Shown piece by piece: positions 10,198 to 19,018 of a stretch of DNA of 64,000 nt. Source of the stretch: Trueperaceae bacterium. Lineage in GTDB: Bacteria > Deinococcota > Deinococci > Deinococcales > Trueperaceae. The notes beneath the pieces were generated by a model, which made no database searches, was not told the DNA's origin, and saw nothing but the letters and a program-made list of their open reading frames with translations. A program made the position numbers and the translations under genes. Within the stretch, counting starts at the first letter, position 1. Each line of letters begins with the position of its first letter. The stretch spans positions 1,312,001 to 1,376,000 of the forward strand of contig OZ243913.1 in NCBI GenBank assembly GCA_965213705.1, read 5' to 3'.

Positions 10198-10869
10198 GTG
10201 ACCGCAACCCTTCTTACATCGCCGCTCACCAAGGGCGAGCGCTGGACCGGCGCCCAATCAACCTGGAAATGGCTCGGCATCGTGGCGATGGTCCTCGACC
10301 ACGTCGGCGCGGTATTGCTGCCGGACTTAGAAGTGCTGCGGCTCATCGGCCGTATCGCGTTCCCCATCTTCGCGCTACTCATCGCCGTCAACGTGGGCGT
10401 GCGGATGAAGAGTCCCAAAGGTTACTTGAGGCCTTTAGTGGTCTACGGTACCGTCGCTATATTCCCTGCCGCGCTGGCTTTACCGACCACGGTGGTTCTC
10501 AACATCATGTTCACGCTGCTGTTGGGCGCGCTCACGCTCGCCGTGATGAAAGGCGAAGTGTCGCGCTGGTGGGCGCTGACACTTCTTTTCGCACCGGTTG
10601 TGGACTACGGAGCCTTCGGCGTGGCGGCCGTCGTGCTGTTGACTTTGGCCTTGCAAAAGAACAACTACCTAGCTCTTGCCGGGGGCGTCGTCGCCCTGGG
10701 AATCGCCAACGGGCCATTGCTCAGCATCGTCGTTATCCCACTGACCCTCCTTCTCGTCTTGCTGTGGCCGCTGCCGGGCACTTTGCCCCGCGGACCTAAA
10801 AAGTTTTTCTACATCTTCTATCCGGCTCACCTGTTCGTGTTGGGCATGATTGGCTTGTACTTGCAGTAA
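10198..10869 (+). CDS. traX: TraX/TrbP-family membrane protein (pilin acetylase-like)
   Basis: KWLGIVAMVLDH, RLIGRIAFPIF, NIMFTL, DYG and KKFFYIFYPAHL are TraX hallmarks; GTG start at 10198. Confidence 0.85.
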   Translation: MTATLLTSPLTKGERWTGAQSTWKWLGIVAMVLDHVGAVLLPDLEVLRLIGRIAFPIFALLIAVNVGVRMKSPKGYLRPLVVYGTVAIFPAALALPTTVVLNIMFTLLLGALTLAVMKGEVSRWWALTLLFAPVVDYGAFGVAAVVLLTLALQKNNYLALAGGVVALGIANGPLLSIVVIPLTLLLVLLWPLPGTLPRGPKKFFYIFYPAHLFVLGMIGLYLQ

Positions 10870-10891
10870 CGCAGCCGAACAGTAAGAAGCG

Positions 10892-10920
10892 AAGGGTGCC
10901 GATTCAGGGCACCCTTTTTT
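10892..10920 (+). terminator. Rho-independent terminator of traX
   Basis: AAGGGTGCC-gattcag-GGCACCCTT followed by a T run. Confidence 0.85.
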
Positions 10921-10967
10921 GACTCGAGACCAAACCCATTTTCACAAATGAAGGAGCTGCAGCAGGT

Positions 10968-11156
10968 CGTTAGCACTCCAAAAATCTGTGTTAGTGCTAA
11001 CACAAATGCCTCGTAGCACTCCAAAATCAGTCTTTTTTACTGTGAGCGCTCCAACAGCAACGCCGTAGCGCTCCAAAAAACGTCGAAAAAGTCCAAGTTT
11101 TGGTCGTAAATCCTTTAAAATCAGGATTTTTTAGTCAAAACCTCGTAGCACTAACT
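10968..11156. repeat. Cluster of TAGC(A/G)CT(CC/AA) repeats in AT-rich non-coding DNA
   Basis: Copies at ~10971, 10990 (inverted), 11014, 11044, 11066, 11146; CCTCGTAGCACT identical at 11009 and 11141. Confidence 0.8.
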
Positions 11157-12085
11157 AAGAAATCTTTCTTTGCCGTTTGTCCGATAGTTATGGGCAAACG
11201 GTGTGTTTTCTCGGTCCCACATTCCTAAGGCCAAAAAAGCCGTATTTGAGAGAAATCGACCTCGAGACAAGTTTCGAGGCTTGGGCGAATGTCGGCGAGA
11301 CCGTCGAGCCCTTACCGGCCCCCGACACGAGCCAGCAAAGACACCTAAGCACGTCCCGGCTCGAGCCGGGCAGATAACCCCCGCCGGGCCGAGGGGCGTA
11401 AGCACGACGCTCGAATTACGGAACGCCGAGCACAAATAACGCAGGAACAAAAGCCTAGAGGCATAGAGGCATAAGGAGGCTTAGGTCGAAGAACGGCTTC
11501 GACCCTTCACGTAAGGAGAACATCATGACAAGGGTAGGGGATGGCCGGATTGGCGACGCAAAGAGGGAGGGGCGGCGTGGACAGACGGCTTAAGAACCTG
11601 AACGCCAAACGGCTGGTTCAGGTGCGCAAATCACTGGTGATGCCCGGCCGCAAAATGCTTTGCACAGCTTTAAGCTGTCGGGTTGGAGCGGTGGCGGGAC
11701 GCGTTAGCTACGGGTTTGAACTCGATGTGTGGCGGCACCGAGGAGCCGGAGCTGGTCGCTAAAGTGCTGCGCGGGCAGGGTAAAGCCTTACCTGCGGGTC
11801 CCTCAGCGACGTGCATCAAAAGGATTTACTGGCTGTGACGGGGGGCGTTCACAATCCAGGAGTAACCGTGACGCAAGCAGATGCGCTGGTGGCGTTGACC
11901 ACCTATTCGTTGCGCCACTACTCACGAACGCTTCTTCGTGGGCTCGGCGCAAGCGGAAACTAATCACAGATGTGCTGACCTAAAATTGTGGCTAGCGTAT
12001 TACAAAAATTCTCGAAAAGTATTAGCAGTTAGGCGGGCTTCAAGCAAAAGTTCTGAAAAAAGAGAACGGCCCAAGTGATTGAAAC

Positions 12086-12325
12086 CTAACTTTCGTCCTT
12101 ATTTATCTCGATAAGTCTGGTCAAGGGAACCTGCTCACCAAGCAACCGCTCTAAACCCTTAACCACCGCCTCCAATGACTTCAGGTCTAGCCGCTGAACT
12201 TCCTCGCCCCGTGCCAGGTAGTACACCGTCGTATGCCCGACCTCGCCCTCGAGTTCTTTGGCAAGACGGTAACGCGTGATGTCATGACGCTCCAAGAAGC
12301 GGTCAAGCGAAAATCGGATGGACAC
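12086..12325 (-). CDS. Cro/Xre-type HTH transcriptional regulator
   Basis: 79 aa, LERHDITRYRLAKEL...TTVYYLARG...RLDLKSL; TAGAGT -10 box 7 nt before GTG. Confidence 0.85.
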   Translation of the reverse strand: MSIRFSLDRFLERHDITRYRLAKELEGEVGHTTVYYLARGEEVQRLDLKSLEAVVKGLERLLGEQVPLTRLIEINKDES

Positions 12326-12350
12326 CTCCCGACTCTAGCAACCATCCCAC

Positions 12351-12380
12351 TTGACTTAATAGTACGGCTATTAGTATTAT
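12351..12380 (+). promoter_or_regulatory. Promoter with palindromic operator in the spacer
   Basis: TTGACT-18 nt-TATTAT; spacer holds TAATAG-tacgg-CTATTA; divergent from the Xre gene. Confidence 0.65.
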
Positions 12381-12538
12381 GATATATTGAACTAAAATTT
12401 TAACTGTGGAATCATCGCTTTCACAACGTTCACTAAGAACACTAACTACCGTAGTCACGGGCAAACCGATTTGTTCGCAAACCTAAAACGCTGTTTTGAA
12501 AGGAAAAACATGGACTCACTAAAAGCGAGGACGATGTT

Positions 12539-12847
12539 ATGAACGACCGCGAGTTCACCGTCATCGCCAGCCGACTTGTCTGGGGCGAAGCTATAGAAGA
12601 AGCCAGCCACCCAGACACCCTCAAACGGCTCAAAGCCCTCCTCGAAGAGCGCGAGCAGTTGCTAGCTACGCTCGAAGACATCACCGAGAAGCTGGTCTCT
12701 AGCCACTACTGGGCCGAGCACGATGGGCATGTCAAGTCGAAGGTCACCACCGTTTCTGGGTTGCAAGGGGAAGGTGCAACTCATGGGGAAGCGACTGTCA
12801 ACGACCCTTCTCCCAAACTTTCTGAGACTCTGAAGGGGTTCGCATGA
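12539..12847 (+). CDS. Hypothetical protein
   Basis: 102 aa ORF with a coiled-coil-like segment; ATGA-coupled to the next ORF. Confidence 0.6.
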   Translation: MNDREFTVIASRLVWGEAIEEASHPDTLKRLKALLEEREQLLATLEDITEKLVSSHYWAEHDGHVKSKVTTVSGLQGEGATHGEATVNDPSPKLSETLKGFA

Positions 12848-13203
12848 GACCGATGCCCTTCGAGAAGCTCTCCATCCAGGCCGGCGACGACGCCACCGCC
12901 TTGGAGTGGTTTCGTGACCTCGCCGAGGCCCTGGCCCGGACGTACCCAAAAGCGGATACCGACCGGTTCCAAGCCGCCCTCACCGAGCGCTTACAAAGAA
13001 CCGACGTCCGCCCCGCCCTTGCCGAGGACAGTGGGATGTACTTTGTGCAGTTGCTCGAGCGCACCAAACCCTTGCCCGCGGCCGCTCTGCCCGAGTGGCT
13101 TAGGAGCGTCCCCTTGCTCGACGTCTTGGCAAAGCGCAAGATTATTGAGGTCCATCTCGTCGAGCGCCTGGTGTTGCCCGACCCAACGGACGTGCCAGGG
13201 TGA
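12844..13203 (+). CDS. Hypothetical protein
   Basis: 119 aa ORF, ATGA overlap, host-like codon use. Confidence 0.65.
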   Translation: MRPMPFEKLSIQAGDDATALEWFRDLAEALARTYPKADTDRFQAALTERLQRTDVRPALAEDSGMYFVQLLERTKPLPAAALPEWLRSVPLLDVLAKRKIIEVHLVERLVLPDPTDVPG

Positions 13204-13267
13204 TGGGTGCCTGCGGCGGGCTCGAGACCGCCACCGGCCACCACCCCATCTGGCGCAACGTCCTCAG

Positions 13268-13726
13268 CTATCCCCTTGCTCGCCCGACCAAAGCTGTAAG
13301 CCGCGCCTCAAAACTGAAAGGACCAAGCGCCTCGAGCGCAATCCGCCGGAAGTCCCCGTGGTCGGGGTTGAGCAAAACGTTGTAACTCTCAGGCGCGACC
13401 ACCGAAGGCACCCGCAAAGCCACGCTCTGCGCCTCGCGCACCCAGGCGTCCCCGAAAACCCGCGTCGCTTCTTTACTGCGAACATCTAAATCGGCAGGCA
13501 CGTCGAGAGCGAGCGCCTCCTCAAAAGTGCAGCGGTAGAGGCTGTACCCCTGCAAGCTAGCGTAAACCTCCCAACCGGCAAGTATCTCGAGCGCGGCCAG
13601 GGCAGTGTGTTCGGCGGTGTAGACGACCACCGTCCCCTCGCTGTTCCAGCGGCCCGGCGCGCCGCGCGGTCTGAAGGCGGCGCTGAGGCTTTCGGTAAAC
13701 GCTAGGCGGTAGGTTCTCAAAGACAC
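13268..13726 (-). CDS. RES-domain toxin (NAD+ phosphorylase/ADP-ribosyltransferase type)
   Basis: YRL, GRWNSEG, VYTAEH, ALE, LRVPSVV, YNVLLNPDH. Confidence 0.92.
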   Translation of the reverse strand: MSLRTYRLAFTESLSAAFRPRGAPGRWNSEGTVVVYTAEHTALAALEILAGWEVYASLQGYSLYRCTFEEALALDVPADLDVRSKEATRVFGDAWVREAQSVALRVPSVVAPESYNVLLNPDHGDFRRIALEALGPFSFEARLTALVGRARG

Positions 13727-13730
13727 GCCC

Positions 13731-14162
13731 TCACAAAAAGGCGCCGTCCTCCAGGGCGGTGAGCAGGTTCTGAAGTTTGCCGACCCCCACCCGCGTGGCG
13801 AGCAGGTCGACAGGTTTCGCGCCGTCTAGCGCGGTCTTGGGCGTGGCGAACCAGGCCTGGGCGCCCGTCCGACCCAGCACGCTCGCCACGCGGGCGAACA
13901 GGGTCAGGGCGCTGTAGGTGCGGTCCAGGAGTTCGACGTTCATCACCGGGTTCTTGCTCTTGCGTGAGCGACTGATGCCCAACACACCGAGCGCCTCTGT
14001 TTTGCTGACACCGAGCAACACCGACAAGCGCGTCAGGACCTGGTCGACCGACGGTTCACCTACCGTGGTCTGCTTGAGCACGGCCTCGGCGACCTCGTTC
14101 GGGACCGCCGCTAACACCTGGGTAAAAAGGTCGTGGCGGGTCTGGGCAAAAGCTTGTGTCAT
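13731..14162 (-). CDS. Xre/MbcA/ParS-type antitoxin
   Basis: C-terminal AQAWFATPKTALDGAKPVDLL...LEDGAFL; directly upstream of the RES toxin; TACAGT -10 box 7 nt before ATG 14162. Confidence 0.9.
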   Translation of the reverse strand: MTQAFAQTRHDLFTQVLAAVPNEVAEAVLKQTTVGEPSVDQVLTRLSVLLGVSKTEALGVLGISRSRKSKNPVMNVELLDRTYSALTLFARVASVLGRTGAQAWFATPKTALDGAKPVDLLATRVGVGKLQNLLTALEDGAFL

Positions 14163-14330
14163 GCTCAACACTGTAGCATGAAGTTTCAACGCTTCGTGAT
14201 TTCGGTTGAGGTAATAAAGCTGAAAGCAAACGTGGTAAAGTCCGTCCACAGCGACCCCGCAAGCGCAGACTCGTAACTGAAAAAGGGCTTTCGGCAGGTG
14301 CCGACATCGGCCTGTAAGATGGGAGACGCC

Positions 14331-15206
14331 ATGACCTACAGAGAAAAAGCCTTCGACGCGCTCGTTTTGAGCCACAGGGCGGCTGCCGACAGTGAAACGG
14401 CGCGCAAAGTGGTGTTGCCCTTTTTCCCCGAAGCGCTCTTTGTCACGCTGCCGGCGGCGGCTTTTGCCAACCGTAGCTACCTCCAGCAAAACGTCGTCAC
14501 CGGTCCCGAAGGCTTGCTGACCCTGCCGCGGGACGACGCCGCGGCCGCACAATACCTGAGAACCCATCCCGAGGTCGCGGCCAGGGTGAAGACGAGAAGC
14601 GCTTCTGGGGTGTGGGACGCCTGGTGCGAGGCATTTCTCGACGCACCCTGGTGGGACTTCTTCGCTTTTGGCGAACGAAACGTGGTGCTCGACGCGCCGA
14701 CGCCGCCCACAGCCTACCGGGACGGCATTCCGTTGAAACTGGAGCAGATGTTCGAAGTCCAAGAGAGCTACCACCACGCGAGCAATCACCGGGACTTGAA
14801 ACGAATCGCCGCGACCTTTTTCCATCTAGCCGACCACGCCGAGTTGAGCAAGAACACGAACTGGCTGTTCAGAGACAAAGAAGCCTTTTTCTACAGGGAC
14901 GTGCAGCTTAAGTTACCGAAAGACTCAGGCGACCTGAGCGCGTATTTCAAAAACGCACCGAAAGCGCGCGAGCAAGCAGCCGAGAGCCGGAAGGACGACC
15001 CGTTCGAAGCGCTCACAGAGCTTTATGGAGCGGTCATCCAGGACACTTATTTCGCGCCCTTGGAAGACCAGGTCGAGCGTTACGACTTGTTCGAGACGCC
15101 CTACAACGCCTTGGGCGACGTTTTGTTCAACGAAGACGCCGCGCTGATGTTCGGGCGCGAAGTCGAGGGGTGGGCAAACCTTAAAAGGCGGCAGTTAGCT
15201 TCGTAG
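14331..15206 (+). CDS. Hypothetical protein (291 aa)
   Basis: Long ORF, GGAG before ATG, globular composition; no family recognised. Confidence 0.75.
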   Translation: MTYREKAFDALVLSHRAAADSETARKVVLPFFPEALFVTLPAAAFANRSYLQQNVVTGPEGLLTLPRDDAAAAQYLRTHPEVAARVKTRSASGVWDAWCEAFLDAPWWDFFAFGERNVVLDAPTPPTAYRDGIPLKLEQMFEVQESYHHASNHRDLKRIAATFFHLADHAELSKNTNWLFRDKEAFFYRDVQLKLPKDSGDLSAYFKNAPKAREQAAESRKDDPFEALTELYGAVIQDTYFAPLEDQVERYDLFETPYNALGDVLFNEDAALMFGREVEGWANLKRRQLAS

Positions 15207-15568
15207 AACGCAGAAGTGTGCCCTGCGGGCGTGCGCTCGAGCAGGACTTTAAACCCGGACGCTCACCAAAGAAGTCGGGAATCTACTTCTCAAAACCTTT
15301 CTCAACATCGGGTGCTGCGCCGGTCGGAGAAAAGTACAGTAACTGTAGGTCGACCGTTTTACTCAACGACAAACCGAGACGAACAGGCGCGAGCCAGGTT
15401 TGGTCAGCCCTGAGCCGCCACCGCAACCTAGCGCAACGTTTTTAACGCCCACCAACCAGCCGCTCAACCAGTATGGCAAAGCTACCTGCGTGTGACGGCT
15501 TTCTCAATCTTTACCAAAACGCGTTGAAGACCACGCCGCGAGGGTGTGAAGGTCTATGAATTGGTTCC

Positions 15569-15865
15569 TTAAATCTCTTCTGCTTCTTTCAACAACCCTC
15601 GCAACACCCCGTACACTCGCCAACCCAACTCGAGGGCGACCGTGCCCTGGTCGAAGCCGTGCTCGGCCAGCACCGCCTTGACCGCCTCACCCTTGCCCCG
15701 TTCAACCAGCGCCGTGGTGAGTTTGCCGATGCTCGAGCGCATAGCTTGAACCTTCTCCCAGCCTTCAGGGGCAGGTTGGGTTGGCTCGAGCACTTCAGCT
15801 TGCACAGTTTGGGGCACGTGCGCCGCGGGAGGTGTTATTCGGGGCCTCTCTAAAGGTCGGGCCAA
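15569..15865 (-). CDS. Hypothetical protein (possibly truncated)
   Basis: 98 aa ORF downstream of the second Xre gene; TTG start uncertain. Confidence 0.5.
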   Translation of the reverse strand: MARPLERPRITPPAAHVPQTVQAEVLEPTQPAPEGWEKVQAMRSSIGKLTTALVERGKGEAVKAVLAEHGFDQGTVALELGWRVYGVLRGLLKEAEEI

Positions 15866-15892
15866 GCCGAGTCAGCCGTCAACCCTTACGTG

Positions 15893-16129
15893 TCAATCGT
15901 TCTCCTCAGCCTTCTCTTCATCCCCAAAGCTGAACAAAGCCTTCACCTCCACCCCCAACACCTCGGCCAACTTCTCCAAGGTGTCAAACCGCGGACTATA
16001 CACGCCCGCCTCCATGTGGCGCACCGTCCGGACATGCACGCCCAACACCTCGGCCAACGTTTCTTGCGTCAAACCCCGCGCCTGCCGCACCTGCTGCAGA
16101 CGCTTGCCAAAGTTCCGTTTCAGGCTCAC
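15893..16129 (-). CDS. Xre-family HTH regulator
   Basis: FGKRLQQVRQARGLTQETLAEVLGV...MEAG...PRFDTLEKLAEVLGV; TAGACT -10 box 7 nt before GTG. Confidence 0.93.
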   Translation of the reverse strand: MSLKRNFGKRLQQVRQARGLTQETLAEVLGVHVRTVRHMEAGVYSPRFDTLEKLAEVLGVEVKALFSFGDEEKAEEND

Positions 16130-16161
16130 TAAGCCGAGTCTAACGAGCCCTCCCAAGCTTT

Positions 16162-16190
16162 TAACAGGTAGTTTAACTACCTGTTATACT
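16162..16190. promoter_or_regulatory. Perfect 11-bp inverted repeat operator overlapping a -10 box
   Basis: TAACAGGTAGT-tta-ACTACCTGTTA (16162-16186); TATACT at 16185-16190, 6 nt before GTG 16197. Confidence 0.8.
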
Positions 16191-16196
16191 GGGTGC

Positions 16197-17543
16197 GTGA
16201 GCAAACCGACACCCAACCGCAGAGCCGCGGTGTCCCCAACCCCACAGGCGGGTGAGGCGGGGGACAAGGCGGAAGCCCCGTACACGTGGGGGCACTACCT
16301 GGTCAAAACCGACGCAGGCACCAAGGCGCGTGTCACGACCAAGCTGTTCGGCGTCCCTGGGTACGACCGCCGCAAGCCTTTGTACGCGAGCGACGAAGAC
16401 GTCTACGAAACCCTAAAGACCTACACCTCCGTCGACCTCGGACGTCTCCACGCGGTCTCGCGCGTTTTGCTGAAGGCGAGGCCAGAACTGTTCGGCGCTG
16501 GGCCGAGCGATGCGCCCGGCAGCCTGACCCCCGAGGCGATAGACAGGCTACTGGCCGGGTCGAGCGGCAGCGTAACGCCCGACACGCCCGAAGGGGCGAC
16601 GCCGGCCGCGGCAACGGCAAGGTCCGAGTCGACGGCTGAGTTGACGGCTGAGGTGACGCCCGAGCCGACACCCGAGCCGCCGGCTGAGTCGACGCACGAG
16701 TTGACCGGCAACGAGGGCAATGAGCCCGCCGGGCATGACGGCGCAGCGTCCGAGGCCCTGAACGGGGCAACACTGAGCGCATCGCGTGGGGCAACATCCC
16801 TACACAGTGTGGCGACACCCCCCGAGGGCGTGAAGCCGAGCCCGCCTGACGACGTCACGTCTGCACCGCTCGGTAGGACCACCACCGCGCCCGGCGACCT
16901 GCCCTCCGGGTCGCCCGGCCGCGGGCAAGACGTGACCGACCCCGCGCCGTTCGCCTCAGCCGACCCCGCCGACGCCAGGAATGCGCACGTCACCTTCGGC
17001 TGCGGGCACCGCGCGACGCTGCCGGTGTCCAACCTGGACCCCTTACAGCTCGAGCGCGAACTCGAGCCCTACCGCCAAGGCCCCTGCTTGAGCTGTATCG
17101 CCGTGAACTTGAGCGTTTTGACCCGAGGCGTGACGGTCTGGGAAGCGCCCGACCTCGTCGTCAGCCGTCCCCAGCTGGCCGCCCTGGCGGAGCGTCGCCG
17201 CTTTGAGCGGGTGCGAGACTTCGTCGACGACTTGGCGCGGGCGCCCGAGCGGGTGCTTGAGGCTTACTACTCGCTGCAGTTTGAGGTAAGAAGCGTGCTG
17301 GGGGACGACGACGGGGACACCTGGCGGGCGTGCCCTCACCGGGTGCAAGACCTGGTCTGGATTATGGCCGAGCTGTCGAACGACCAACTGGTGGTGCTGG
17401 GCCACAAGCCGCGGGGTTACGACCCGGCGCGCTCAAGGGCGCTGGCGACGCTTCTGGCCTACCGAGAGTACGAAAAGCGGTCGCCTTTTGGGCAGTGGCT
17501 GAGTCGGGTGGGGCAGCCCAGGCGGTACCGGGGGTTTGGGTGA
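16197..17543 (+). CDS. Hypothetical protein with Pro/Thr/Glu linker and C-terminal CGH...CxxC domain
   Basis: 448 aa; 12-nt repeats encode ESTA-ELTA-EVTP-EPTP-EPPA-ESTH-ELTG; VTFGCGH...CLSC. Confidence 0.75.
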   Translation: MSKPTPNRRAAVSPTPQAGEAGDKAEAPYTWGHYLVKTDAGTKARVTTKLFGVPGYDRRKPLYASDEDVYETLKTYTSVDLGRLHAVSRVLLKARPELFGAGPSDAPGSLTPEAIDRLLAGSSGSVTPDTPEGATPAAATARSESTAELTAEVTPEPTPEPPAESTHELTGNEGNEPAGHDGAASEALNGATLSASRGATSLHSVATPPEGVKPSPPDDVTSAPLGRTTTAPGDLPSGSPGRGQDVTDPAPFASADPADARNAHVTFGCGHRATLPVSNLDPLQLERELEPYRQGPCLSCIAVNLSVLTRGVTVWEAPDLVVSRPQLAALAERRRFERVRDFVDDLARAPERVLEAYYSLQFEVRSVLGDDDGDTWRACPHRVQDLVWIMAELSNDQLVVLGHKPRGYDPARSRALATLLAYREYEKRSPFGQWLSRVGQPRRYRGFG

Positions 17544-17895
17544 GGGGCTTTTGGGTGTGGAAGCTGACTGACGCTCGAGCCTGCGAGAGCGTAGGAATTG
17601 GTAAACCAAGTGTTGGATCAACGGAAACTCCAAGGCCAAATGGGTAGAGCGAATCCTTTACGAACACAACCGGATAGACCCAAACTTCGTGTCCAGACGA
17701 AGATCTGAGCTTTTACCTAGTGCTTCATTATCCGATTTTCTAAAAGTCCGCAATCGAGAATGAATGTGAAGGCGCAAGATTCCAAAGGGCATTACCCTGG
17801 AATTATCGGTTGTTCGTGTAGTCGTGTGGAGAAAATACAGCCCTGCACCTGAAAAATTTTACTTTTGCCGGTTTATGCGGTTGCAAAACTGCTCA

Positions 17896-19018
17896 TACCC
17901 ATTCCGGGTAATTCCCTAGTAAACTAAGCGGATGAACAAAGGCGGCAGACCCGGAATAGAATTGAAGGCGCAGCATAGCGTCGAGGAGCTTAAAGAGCAC
18001 TTCAGAGCCTGCACGTGTGCGGTAGAAAGACGGCGCATCCAAGTGGTGTGGTGGCTGGTAGAAGGCCGCAGTCGCAAGGAGGCGACGGCACTTTCAGCGT
18101 ATTCGAGCTTTAGTGTGTTGGACATCATCAAGCGCTATAACGAGCAAGGTTTGGAAGGACTCAAAGACCGCCGTCACGAGAATAGGGGTGCGCCCAGCTT
18201 ACTGAGTGATGAAGAGCTACTGCGCCTAGCTCAGGTGCTGCGCAAAGACTACGCCGAGGGCAAAATCTGGAACGGACAAAAAGTGGTTGACTGGTTACAA
18301 GAAGCGTTGGGCAAAGACGTACATCTCAGCCGCGCTTACGAACACTTTGCAGCGACAGGGTTCAGCCTGCGAGCACCCCGACCCGCGCATGTCAAGGCTG
18401 ACTTGGTCGAGCAAGAACGCTTCAAAAAAAGACCCTACCCGAAACCGTTAAGCTAGCCAAATACGCCTATGAACATGTGGAGCTTTGGTGTATGGACGAG
18501 CACCGCATCGGCCTCAAGCCGGTGTTGTGCAAAGTCTGGGCACCCAAAGGGCAAAGACCCACCATCGCAACTTACCCAAGGTATAAATGGCTTTATCTTT
18601 ACGCTTTTGTTCAGCCCGAAACGGGTAGAAGCGTGTGGTACATCCTGCCCGAGACGAACGTAAAAGCCTTCCAGACAGTTCTGAACAACTTCGCCTCGGG
18701 CCTTGAGAGTTCAGAGACAAAGCACATCCTGCTTGTCATGGACAATGCACCTTGGCATACCAGTTCCAAGCTCGTGCAGCCTCAAGGCGTCGAAATTATT
18801 CACCAGCCCAGCTACTCACCCGAATTGCAACCCGCTGAACACCTGTGGCCCCTCAGTGACGAACTTGTTACCAACCGCTGTCCTAAAAACCTTGACGACC
18901 TTGAGCAGCGCTTAATCATCCAGTGTGAGCGCCTTATGCAAAATCCTGAGCGCGTTAGGGCGCATACCCTGTTTCACTGGTGGCCGCGGGTTTATTAGGG
19001 AATTTATCGGAATGCGTA
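17896..19018 (+). mobile_element. IS630-family insertion sequence (~1.12 kb)
   Basis: Imperfect TIRs TACCCATTCCGGGTAATTCCCTAGTAA vs (rc) TACGCATTCCGATAAATTCCCTAATAA; right flank TA, left flank CA. Confidence 0.92.
17932..18998 (+). CDS. IS630 transposase (HTH ORF plus DDE ORF joined by -1 frameshift)
   Basis: A7G slip site at 18424-18431; DDE triad MDEHRIG, MDNAPWH, PSYSPELQPAEHLW. Confidence 0.92.

Noticed and set aside
10970..11000. CIRCE (HrcA) element
   Set aside because: The TTAGCACTC half-site is present, but the spacer is 13 nt rather than 9, the second half is imperfect, and no chaperone gene follows. Better explained as part of the repeat cluster.
10968..11156. CRISPR array
   Set aside because: Repeats are only ~10-12 bp, irregularly spaced and in mixed orientation, and there are no cas genes.
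11525..11983. Short ORFs downstream of the repeat cluster
   Set aside because: Fragmentary and overlapping with no motif; could be decayed coding DNA but cannot be supported.
17544..17895. Gene interrupted by IS630
   Set aside because: Joining the AT-rich flanks gave no convincing reading frame or motif on either strand.
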